DNA from: the human T2T-CHM13v2.0 reference genome, Homo sapiens
DNA: 64,000 nt
NCBI RefSeq assembly: GCF_009914755.1
Contig: NC_060947.1
Direction: 5' to 3' (one strand)
Position 1 is the first letter of the stretch, and every line of letters starts with the position of its first letter. The notes beneath the pieces were generated by a model. The model was not told the origin of the DNA. It saw nothing but the letters and a program-made list of their open reading frames with translations, and did no database searches. The translations under genes and the position numbers were made by a program. Below are positions 42,017 to 53,750 of the stretch, one piece after another.

Positions 42017-43805
42017 TTACCTATTCTTTCTTAACTCTACCATTCCTTCAGTATTGCCTGTCTCTCATGGTGTTGTTCCCTTGACATTCTCTCCTTGCTC
42101 CCCTGCCCCCTCTGTTGGCTCTTGTCCACACTGCATGTCCTAACTCTGAGTATCCCCCAATGCTGGCCTCTTTTTTTTTTTCTTCCTCACTTACTTCAGA
42201 CTGTGGCTTCGTGTCACACAAATCTGGAGAATTTTGTAGGTGTGAGATTAACTCATGTCCCTTCCTTTAGCCTAATTTTCATTCCTGCAGTGTCTTCTCC
42301 TCCCCATGGTTACTCTCACTCCCTTTTTTGCAAGACCTTATAATTTATCACCTGGACGACTTAAATTCATCTCTCGATGGCTTCCTTGCTTCCCAGTGGT
42401 TTGAATCCTCACTCTTCCCTTGCAAGCTGTGCCTCTCCATGTAGTCGCGGAAACATTTTTGAGTCTTGATTTATGTACTGAGGCTCATGGATGAATGGCC
42501 TGTTGCCACTAACATCCCGATTATACAGTACTTCCCTTACTCTTCTAGTCTTTCCTTTTTATAATTTGTTCCCCATCAGTCTTACTATTGTGACAGATAG
42601 ATCTGGTTACTCTCAAACTTTAGCCTCAGTGACTTTCCCGGGCCTAGACAGAATTATCTAATCTATTTATCAGAACATTCCAGACGCTTCCCAGCCTGTT
42701 CCCATTTCCAACTTCATCCTCTGCCATCAACCCCCAGTCTCACTATTCCCAGCTCTATCACACTTTATACCACATCCCAAACATGCCAAGCCCTTTCAAC
42801 CTTCTCTCTCTCTCTCTTTCTCTCTTTTTGCTGGGCTTGCCAGCCCTCACTGATGTTTTTCAAGATCCATTTTAAAACATTTTCTTTTAAAGATTTTCCA
42901 GATACTTGAACTCTCCCCATGCTCCTGAGACTTTTAATCTTGAGCAGGTGAAGAAATAATATGAGAACAAAGGCATTGAGTAGTGTGTGGCCGAGACCAC
43001 ATGGTGCTTTTACCTTTCCCCCCAGATAGCCTTTCTAAGTTGGGGAACCTCATTTGAACTACGGGAACTGAAAATGATTTGAGTGACAATTTTTTCAACT
43101 CTGCCTGAGATGGCACAAAACTAGTGCCATTTTAGATGCACAGGAGAAGAGTTAAGTCATTATGTGGAATGCATGCTATAGGGTGATGGAGCGTAATTTT
43201 CTCATGGGACTCAAGTTAGAAAGATTGCTACAGGGCATTTTTGGATCTGTCAGCTTTCTGTGCCTGACCCTCCAAGCCCTCACTGATGCCATGAGCACCT
43301 GATATTCTTAAGACCCTTCTCTGACATAATAGCATTAGATAACATATATATTTGTTGCTATATGTGCTTGTTAAATAATTAATGGGATGAATAACCTTTG
43401 AAAATCCTCCATTTTCTTTTTTCCCTATGCCAAGTTAGTTACTAGGCCCATTAATCTTTTTTAAAAATTTATCTTCATTTATTTATTTACTCATTAAGTA
43501 GCATCAAACATTCAAGAATCATCTTTTCTTCCTGTGCCAGAGAACTGGTTAATCTTAGTTTAAGTTTTCCCATTACTCAATATCTTTGCTTTTTACTTAA
43601 TGCTACGTTACCATCGTCAAAGCTTTCCTGAGGTATATTCTCAAATCTGAAGTTGCAGAATTAGAAGTTGCCAAAGTCAACTATGGCACAAACTTAGAAG
43701 GTAAGAGCATGTATATCGTATGATCTTGGGCAAACACTTTTGTCCTGCTCCATGTCAACTTCCTCATCTGCAAAATGGGAAGAGGAAAATGCAGGTAATA
43801 TATTC

Positions 43806-43924
43806 CTTTTTTTTCATTATTTTAAAAAATCTTTAAAATTTCAATAGTTTTGGGGATACGGGTGGTTTTTGGTTCCATGGATATGTTCTTTAGGAATGAT
43901 TTCTGAAAATTTAGTTGTGCCCAT
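43806..43924 (-). mobile_element. Short L1PB/L1MA-like 3' end
   Basis: tttcaatagttttggggatacgggtggtttttggttccatggatatgttctttag...gatttctga, the antisense extreme 3' end, preceded by a T-rich tail. Confidence 0.7.
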
Positions 43925-45204
43925 TAATCTTTATTTATAATGTTGCCCGTAGAGTCTATCCTTCCTTTTCTTCTCTGCCGCCACCATTGTGTATATGTCT
44001 GTCATCTCAGCCCATATTCCTACACTCATGTCCTAATGTTGCCATTTAGCTCTTTCACTCTCTCCCCTTCAAGGATATTGAACTCACACCAATTATTCCC
44101 CCAAATAAAAGGACACATTGCCATTTCAATTCCAAATATGATACCAACTGGCTTTTAGATTAAGTTACAACTCACAAGACTGGCACGCAAGGCTCCCATG
44201 CTTTGGCCCCATTTTCATGGTCCAGCGTGTTCCCTCACTCCACTCAGACAAGGACTGTCACTCTTCTGTGTCTGCTCTTTGGTTTGCGCTGGACAGACCA
44301 CCCTCCCTCCATGCAACTTGTACTACTGACTTCTCTTTTACATTTATTTGCCAGACTTATTTATCACATTTTATCAAATCAGATAAACATCAGATTAATC
44401 AACATTTATCAATTGTTCTTCCCAATATCCAAGTTCCAATCATTTTGCTTCCCGAGCATATTAAACAGTATCTGTTGCTCCTTTTTTTGCTTGATACACT
44501 CTTTCCCTGTTTCCCACCTTATATTTCATCTGGGCAAATTCTTTTTTATATTTAAAATACTTTTAATGTAACATACATACAATGGTTAGGAAAAAGAAGC
44601 AAAGGGTGAGTTATGTAATGTTCAAAAAAGTTTTTAAAAATTATTACTGACTTCTAAAACCCCTTAGTACTACATCAAAATCTACCTTTTCCCCAAAGCC
44701 TACTTGACTCCTTTTGACCTAAATATTCTGTCCTAATTTTAATTCTTATGCTCCATTATTGCCTTGTCTACTTACTAGTAAGTAGAATTATCCACTAAAA
44801 CTCTCTTCTTCAAGAGCCATTGATTAATCTGTTAAGTATGCACTTAAGTGGATGACAAAGAAGCCAGACATTTTTAAAAGTGCCTAGAAGTATTCTTACC
44901 TCACTTTCTTGTCTTTTTTTATACCAAATTGCTAAATACTTTTGCTTAAAAAAATGAAAGTCCGCAGCAGGCGACTGCTGGCTGTTAACAAACCTAGAAA
45001 TAAGCAAAACCATTTCCAAGTCACCGTTGGGGCACTGTCATTGTCAATGGAAGCAGAAAGGCCTCCTGTGTGTGTGGCTGTGGGAACTCAATGAGAACAC
45101 CTTCTGCCACAGAGGAGTGGGGGCAGGGACAGGCTTGTCTCCAATGTCCAGGGCTGTCAGACTTGGCTCATCCTGCCTCCCACACCTGTGCCATCCGGTG
45201 GTGA

Positions 45205-45690
45205 AGATGGCCTTTGGCTGGGAAGCATTTGGTTGCAAGAGTTAGAAATCTGCTCAAACTAGCTGTTGTAAAGAAGAGAGATGTAGTACATTTATATTAT
45301 GCAGTCACTCAGACACAGGAATCAAAATGCAGCCAAGCTTCATGAGAATGGGAGAAGGGAGGACACTGGGGCTGAAAGCTGTTTTCTTTTTCTCTTCGTC
45401 TCTTTGTCTGTTCATAACCACAGGATATATCCCATTTCTGTGTCTCCTGGTCTCTTTTCTAACAATTTTGATCACTTGTAAAGGGATCTCAAGGACTCCC
45501 AGATACATGACCTTAGAGTTCCCTTCCCCACCACAGACTGACTGCATTTTCTGTGACTCTAAGTTCAAATTCTCAACTGGGAGAATTTGGCTAATTTTTG
45601 GTTTGAGAGTGGTGCTTTACCTTAGGCCAAGTGTTCATTCTTGGTCCACAGCACTATGTCCAGGATTGGGGTCACATATTATAAAAATAA
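45205..45690 (-). mobile_element. Old ERVL/MaLR LTR (LTR16/33- or MLT1-like)
   Basis: ttggttgcaagagttagaaatctgctcaaactagct start and ...ggtccacagcactatgtccaggattggggtcacat; highly diverged. Confidence 0.45.
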
Positions 45691-46029
45691 ACACTTGGTC
45701 CTGTTCTTTCAAGGGGTTTTACAGTAGAGCCATACATAGATCCAAAAGCTTCTACCATGAAAAGTTCAGCATGCTGTATGTATTTGGGATGCATCATTGA
45801 GTAATATGAAAGAAGAATAATTTAAGTTTAACACCCTAGGGCTGTTTCTTTGCTTTCTTCCAATTTCAGTGGCCCAGTTCACCATGATTTAGAAAAGAAA
45901 TTGTTAACTTAATCTCAAAATGAACATGTGACTGATATGTCATCAATATGAAATGAAGAAAAATTATGAATTATTTGTTACAATTACATATATCATATGT
46001 TACATGATTTAAAATCTACCTTATTAGAG

Positions 46030-46225
46030 GCTAGGTGTAACTTGGGACTGCAAATTTTAAAAAGCATATGGAAGGATTGGAGGGAGTCTATGGAAAGCTA
46101 AGCAAATGATAAGAGGGAAAGAAAATAAAGTATGAGTTTCAATTTAAGGAAGATGGTAAGTTTATTTAGCCTGGAGAAGAGAAGACAGTAATGATGTGAG
46201 AATTTCCTCAAACATGTGAAGGCGA
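46030..46225 (+). mobile_element. CR1/L3 LINE relic
   Basis: ttggagggagtc...gcaaatgataagaggg...ttaaggaa...tttagcctggagaagagaaga...tcaaacatgtgaagg is the CR1 ORF2 3' signature (FSLEKRR). Confidence 0.7.
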
Positions 46226-46948
46226 AGCAGGGATATATTCAATTCATCTTTATTGTCTTGAAATAATATGCAGCAGAACATGGGTTTGAATGATAACATA
46301 AACTCAACCTTTCATTCGCACCGCAAAGCTATGTGCGGAGATATTCTTGAATTTGCTTAAGTAGAAGTTGTATAAATGTATCTGTAGAAGCAGAATGTGT
46401 GATACTATAGTCACAGGAGTATAAACTAGAGAACTTCATTGAGATGGCCTCGAGTTCTATGGGACTGAAGTCAGTTCCACGACACTTAGTAGAAATGAAA
46501 GACAAGTAAAGAAATTGTGTAATATTTTTTCTTAATGAACTATTCTAGGTATGGCTGAATGAATTGTGCTCTCCAAGGGATAGTCAAAGAAGCAGCAGTA
46601 GTCACCAATCACTGAGTTTTGTTTTGCAAGATGGAAATTATGAATTAAGTGTAAAAGCTAAGTTTTCCTCCACAGTAAAGTGAGATTCTGAGTTACTGTA
46701 TAAGAAAAGAGAACTATGTAAGAGAAGAGAGGAAGAAGAGATGAGATTACGGGAATGAGGAAAGAATGTTGGAATTTTCAGTTAGAGAAATTAACGGATT
46801 TGCTTGTAAGTAGTGTGTGGTATGAATCATCTTTCTCTTCTTCTCTCCCAAAAGATTTCTCCATAAGATCATCACAAAATATCCATTTCTAGTTATTGCG
46901 TCACAAAATTGAATCTCTGCTAGGATGCATAGAAAATACTAACTATAA

Positions 46949-47030
46949 GCTGGGCAGGGTGGCTCACACCTGTAATCCCAGCTTTTTGGGAGGCTGAGAA
47001 GGGAGGATTGCTTGAGGCCAGGAGTCCAAA
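46949..47030 (+). mobile_element. Alu 5' fragment
   Basis: gctgggcagggtggctcacacctgtaatcccagc...ggaggattgcttgaggccaggagt, then truncated. Confidence 0.8.
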
Positions 47031-47435
47031 AATACTCAATATAGCCTCAGAATGGGATTGGATAAGAGCTGAGGTCACCTGTAGAAGGTGTGCTATGCTC
47101 AGGTGACCTGTATCTGACTAAGTATATTAACAGTGGACTAAGTAGACATTTCAATGAGTTATCAGAACTAAGTAAAAATGTTGATTGGGTAGAAGAAAAT
47201 CCAAGACTAGGATTCCAGAGTGACTAGGATTGTCACCTTGGGTGAAGCAAAAAATCTTTTATGCCTTTCATTTTCAAATATGGATAATGTGTATATTCAT
47301 CTATGCTGGGGTACAATAATGTGTGATCACTTAAAAGAAAACACAGACATTTGCTATCAAAAGTCCTACCACCAAATAGTGAGAACTACTGAGAACTGAG
47401 CAAGTACTTGGCACTGTGTCATGATTGACCACTTT

Positions 47436-48061
47436 CAGTGATTCTTCAAGTGTAGGCTGTGAATCCTGGGAGTCCTTTAAACTCATTCAGGGAGACTGTA
47501 AGGTAAAAATTATATATAATTTATAATAATAATACTAATTTTTATAATAATAATACTAAGACTTAATAATACTAAGACTTTATAATAATACTAAGACTTT
47601 ATTTGCTATTTATAATAATACTAATAATTTATTTTATAATACTACTAATAATAATAATTTATAATAATACTAAGACTTTATTTGCTATTTTCAATCTCAT
47701 TATCTCATTAATGCTTGGTGGAGTTTTTGGAGGCTACATGATGTGTGATACTTCAACAAATTGAATGCAGAAGCAGATATAAGAATCCAGCTTTTTAAGG
47801 CCAGATCTTAGATTTGCAAAAAATGTAAAACAGTGCCACTTTTCTCACAATTTTTTTTTGAAATATATTTTATTAAAAATGTTATATGTGTGTAATAGAT
47901 TTATTGTTCTTATTTTAAAAGAATTGATAAATATTTAAACATTTTTCAGTTTTAATTTCTAACATAGTAAATATTGATAGATATAATTCACACAAACAAA
48001 AGATTTTGGAGAGTCTTCCATTTTTAAGAGTATAATGGGGATTTGGAAGTGAGGACCACTG
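47436..48061 (+). mobile_element. Charlie4a-like hAT DNA transposon with internal minisatellite
   Basis: cagtgattcttcaagtgt...ggagtttttggaggctacatgatgtgtgata...ttgaatgcagaagcagatataagaatccagc...gaggaccactg. Confidence 0.75.
47513..47690 (+). repeat. AT-rich minisatellite (ataataatactaagactt-type units)
   Basis: About 7 variant copies of taataatactaa(gactt); tataataatactaagactttatttgctattt occurs twice. Confidence 0.85.
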
Positions 48062-48499
48062 GTCCATTACTTCACCTTGGCAAGGTAACTTTGCATAAGG
48101 CGATCTGAGCATATTGTAACTTTCCCTGATCCTTCCATGGTCTTATGGTGGGTGGTGGTATCCTCAGTGAGAATCTCTCTGAGAGTGCAAAACTTTGGGA
48201 TCACTCTCAAACTGACACAAGATAAAGCTGAACTGTGTACTTGGTTCCCCAGGCAATGCCATCACATCCAAGCCTCACAACATGTCTCATTCCTGTGCTG
48301 CAGGGAATCTCCAAGGTTACTCATCTCTGGGTCATGAGATCCATGGCATCTTAGGCTGCAGGAAGGGTCCTAGGGACGATCTGGATCTGGTGAAAAGGCC
48401 TGGTCCCGCATCATTAGCAGTCTTCCTCTGTAAGTCTCTCAGCATATGCATAGTAAGAGTGCTCAAGTGTCAACCTCACAATAGTGAACTGTTACTGAA

Positions 48500-48715
48500 G
48501 CTCATGATGTGTGAGACATTGGTGGGGGCAATTTTCGTGTATTGAATCTCACCACACATTTATGAGTTTGATATAATTATTACTCCAATTTTATATATAA
48601 GGAAGCTAATAAAGACATTTAAGTAAATTTGCCCAAGTTCTCACAGCTAGAAAGTGGCAGGAGTAGGACACAAACATATGTACTCTGGCTCCAGGTTCTG
48701 TGGCATTACCAACTA
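48500..48715 (-). mobile_element. MIR SINE
   Basis: ccaattttatatataaggaagct...taagtaaatttgcccaagttctcacagctagaaagtggcag. Confidence 0.7.
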
Positions 48716-49439
48716 TATTGTATCACCCTCCTTATAGACTTGATGACTGTAATATCCCCCTTAGCAATGTACTAGGAAGGGCAGGGAACCACTGTACCAA
48801 ACAGCCTAAAATTTACGAAAGATGAATATAAATGTTGTTCCTTTGTGTTCCACTGCTAAGTGGGTCGGTGAGGGCTCCACATGGTCACTTGAAAACCCAG
48901 AGTTCTCCCATCTTATGGCTTCATCCTTCTGTAGGTCCTTGGAGTGGTCTCTGTATAGATGGGGAAAGAGAGAGTGGAAAACTGTACAACAGGAGTGTTT
49001 TGTGGGCCAAGCCAGCACTTCTGTCTATATTTCATAGTCAAACCACTCATGTAGCCACATCCAACTGTGAGGGATGCTGGGAAATGTAGTTCACCTGCCC
49101 AAAAGGAGAAGAGTTGAACAATTAACTGTATCTTTTTTTTTTTTTCATGAACACTTTGAAGAGTTTTCTGTTAATAATGTGGAGATTCCAGGAATATTGC
49201 CAAGGGCTGAGCTCACAGATCAACTGATACTTTATAAGGTTTGCCAATAATTGTATATCTCTGACGTGGAACAAGGCCACCAGGGGCCAGGTGTTCAAAT
49301 ACAAGTATATATGGGCCTACAGTTAAGTATCAAAAATTTTAATATGATGTTAATGCTAAGCAGCTCATATAACATTTTAATAAAAATTAGAAAAAGATTT
49401 ACTTCCTAAAGCACTTCATTGCTATGTTTGAGAAAATTT

Positions 49440-49540
49440 TCTGAGCAAATATACATATCTATAATTAACATTATGTGAATGGTGCCCTACAAAATTGTGC
49501 AGTGTACATTCTGCACAACTGTATAAGGAGGGCCTCCCTT
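49440..49540. mobile_element. MER91-like hAT-Tip100 fragment
   Basis: atggtgccc...ttgtgcagtgtacattctgcacaactgtata...ggccct resembles a MER91 terminus. Confidence 0.45.
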
Positions 49541-49645
49541 TATGCTGGCTGAGGACCCAACCACCTAAGTTCTTACAGTTTAGCCCAGGTTTCCAACTCT
49601 TTCTGTAATGCACCCAAAGAGTATAATTGAGTCATAGAGTCATAG

Positions 49646-49975
<330 letters not shown>

Positions 49976-50131
49976 TGATTTTCTTCTGGGTTCCTTCCAT
50001 TTGTTCCTTGCACTCTAGCATCTCTCTCCATTGCTTGACCTTAGTAGAAAAGGAAGAACTACATTTTCGACTTCTAGGTCTGATGAGGTTTCTCAACACA
50101 GATTGTTGTTGAGTCTATAGCATTGTCCTAT

Positions 50132-50281
50132 AGCAAAGTTTCTCAACCTCAACACTATTGACAACTGAATGGATCATTCTTTGTTGTGGGGCTGTCTTGT
50201 ATATTGTTGGGCATTTCATAGCATCCCTGGTCTCTACCAATTAGAGTCCAGTAGCAACCCTTCTTATTAGTTGTGACAACC
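50132..50281 (+). mobile_element. MER20 fragment
   Basis: gtttctcaacctcaacactattgaca...attctttgttgtggggctgtc...gcatccctggtctctacc...gttgtgacaacc. Confidence 0.8.
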
Positions 50282-50449
50282 TTCTAAACTTCTTGGGTAA
50301 AAGTTTAGATGGGGTGTTGTGCCTGTGCTACTTGGGTTAGAGCAGTGGAATCAATTCTTGGTTTGTGCTTTTCTTCATTCTCTGTGCTCCCACCTTGGTC
50401 TCCCACTCCTGGGAATCACAGGAGCAGACATGTCACTGCTATTCTAAAA

Positions 50450-51440
50450 GGAAACTCCAATGACTTCCCATTGCACTTAAGATATACAAGATATCCTTCC
50501 AGTGGCTTGTGGGCCCTCTAACCTCCTCTTTGACCTTATCAGCTACCACTCTCCCCTATATTCTTTGTAATCCAGTTCCTGGTACATCTCATGACCCTTC
50601 CTTTCCTAGGGACTTTACACATACTAATCTCCCTTTCTGGAATGATCTTCCTGACCCAATTCCTCTTCCCTTAATTTCCACTTATCTTTCAGTGCTCACA
50701 GTTTATCACTTACTTAGCAAAACTTCCCCTAACACCATGTTCCTTGTAAGAGAAGGTTTGGTCCTGAGTTAATTGCTAACAGAACATTCTGTACATAATT
50801 TACTAGCTCTTATAAAAGTTGAAAATATGTACACTATTAGATAATTAAATAAGTATTTTTTTCTCCCACACTAGAAGGTAGGTTCTACAATGGGAGGACC
50901 CATTGGGGTTTCTTTATTCCCTAACATGTGGCAGACCAAATATCAAGGGCCTTTGAGATTTTGAAGGGCCTATTTCATAATTTGAGACCTGAGGAAAACA
51001 GATATTGGCCTCCAAAATATGAAAATAAGCTATAAAATTAAAAGTAATTAATGTGTAATTAAATGTTTACAAAACTTAATGATATTACAATATGGCAACC
51101 AAGTGAATGAAACTCTATTCTTAAGTAGATGTATATGAATCAAATCACAAGAGCAAACTAAATATTTGATTCATAACAAAATTCAAAATTATAGATTTTA
51201 TTAAAAATCTTTCAAATATTAATAGCAACAAAGTATATTTAATGTGTGATGAGTATGCATTTTAATATGCTTGATATAATGAGGGGAGGGTGGCAGAGCT
51301 CCAAAGTGGAGTGCCTCTGGAGTGTAAAATTGCTAGAAGCTACACCTGTGTGGCTCACCATGGTAGCCACAGCAACTTGTACAGTGCCTTCCATGTAACA
51401 AATGCTCAATATATATTTACTGAATGAAAGAATGAGTAAA
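50450..51440 (+). mobile_element. L2 fragments with an intervening AT-rich insertion (~50930-51345)
   Basis: ctccaatgacttcccattgcactta... body and tail acagtgcc...atgctcaatatatatttactgaatgaaagaatga. Confidence 0.55.
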
Positions 51441-53750
51441 TCCAGGAATGTGCTCTACTGCCAAGCCCACTGCTCATTTAATGTCTTCTTTGCATAGTAC
51501 GTTTCCCAACATGCAGATCAGCTGGGAACCTTTTCATCCTCGTTTCCGTTGAGATACAGTGACCTTTGAGAGCAGTCCCACTGACTGGGTTCTTAAGTCA
51601 CTGTGCAAGTGATGCCATGGCAATCTTGAGAGAATGCTTGGAGCCCCAGAAGCTTTCTAAAAGCTGTCAGCTCTTCCAATAATTCCATACTGAGAGTCCA
51701 AAATTCTCCTCTGCTGTGTCAACACACTCTGATATAGCTCTGATGTAGCTTTCATTCATGAGCTAGTGTAGGTTGTGTTAATTTTCTGGAATAGTCTCCT
51801 GGAACCTGGACATCCTGAGATATCAGTCAACTGGAGTTAGAAGGATACCCCTTATGTTTTAAAAAACTGGAATGAAACCACATCTGGAAGGATTTCTGGA
51901 GGTGTTACCAGAAAGAAAGAATCTCATTATTGGCTGTTCTCAAATATACAAGAAACCCATAAAGTGATGCCCAACATTACTTTTCTCACCAAGTAATCTT
52001 TCCATCTTGACAGCCATCCTCTGATGGGCAATTGGGAGTTTTCCTCTCCTTGGCCTCTTTCCTCTGAATTTTTTTTTAATCCCCCCCGGTCCTTATCTGG
52101 AGCCTTCTTGGCAAGCACATTGGGGTCAGGTGGGTAGAGGCTGTCTTTCCCAGCTATGTTCTGGAAGGCATCCAATGCATCACTCCAGACAGGGTAAAGT
52201 CCTCCACAGGAATAGATTTACATCCTTTGGTTTCTTCAGAGTGGAACAATTATAAGACCAACTTTGGACTTGCTAACAGTGATAGTCCCTCATAACAAGA
52301 GTTCAAATGTTAGCTTTAGCAAACGCAAAAGCTCCCTTCTCCTACGTTGAAGAGGGCAAGGATTGAATTAGATTAGGGGGACAGAAAGCTCTGCCCTGCT
52401 CACTGAATGGCCCTGAAGAATCTAGTTTACTGACTGTTCTGTATTCCTCATGCTCCTGTTCCCTCAGTTTTCTCTCATCTTACCTTCTGTTTTATTCTAG
52501 CCCACTCAACAAGATCCACTCAGTTAACCCATCCTGAGAGTCCAAGGGTGTCCCCAAGACCAAGAATGCATGAGAGAATTTACATCACTCCATATATCTG
52601 TCCCATAACAATTGAGATAACATTTTGCTTGATTACTTCTAGGCTATGGCAGACAGAGCCTCAGTAATAATACCTTGCAAGTATAACATGTCTGTAATTA
52701 GACTGTCCTGTAATTAGGGAGCTGACAACTTAGCCACAGCTTGTCACTAGCCAGTGACACAGCAGGAAACAGGAAGAACCATAGAGAAGGACATCTGTCT
52801 GCCGATTGATGGCAAGAATCCCAAGGAAGGTCAGAATGAATAGATAATAATAACAGCAAAAAGCCATGGAGAGGAGAATACTACATTTCTTGGTCAGAGA
52901 CAAAGCTGGTTCCGTGGGAAGAAACGGATCATGAATTTCCCTCCATCTTCCTGCTCTAAGAGAGAACTTATGAGAGGTAGATTTTAGTGTCTTACAAAGC
53001 CAGGCATACAGCTAAGGATGGATCTGAAGTTTTGGTAGTGACTGCAGGAAGGGTGAGAGAGAGGTCCCACATCACAGGCAGACTGGACTGATGCCTCATA
53101 AAAGAGCCCCCCTGAGTGGTTCTGAGTAGGGGAGGGAGTTTGATTTAATTAAATCAGCATTCTTCCTAGGGTGCTAAGGAACAAGTAGACCAGTCATCCT
53201 TGTCATTCCCCTAAACCTGCTGCTTTTACTGAATTCCTTGAAGTCTAATTCGGTTTCTCCCTTCCATTACTATCTCTCATACTCAATAGACAAGCCTAGC
53301 CAACCATCCTAATTCCATCACGGCTATTCTGTTTTAGATGCCCCAGCCCTAGTTTGCATCATCGACACACATTCTCTCACGTGGGCTGACCACTGAAAAT
53401 ATCCCCTTACTGGTTTCTGCCTCCAGGTTCTCTTCCTCTCCTTTATCCACCCATTGCTCTATTGATAAAGCTCAATTTCCTTTTGTAACTGCCCCTACAA
53501 GTCTTTGTTCTGGAGTTGCTAATGGAACCCCATTGCCTACTAAAATGGTAGGTCCATGGTGTGAAATTGAATACCTGATGTCAGAATTCATTTGTCCCTT
53601 ATATCCTTAGTTTCTCTCCAACTCAGGGAATGCACTCCAATTGAAATACTTGTTCATTCCTGTTTTTATCTTCCTGTTTTCATCTTCGTGACATTCTCTT
53701 TGTCTGGAATGGTCTTTCTTTCTGAATTCCCACACATCCATTAGGGCTCC

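Noticed and set aside
43940-45800. Hydrophobic ORFs of 112-157 aa (44203-44571, 45327-45800)
   Set aside because: Composition reflects T-rich DNA or an old LTR; no domain similarity
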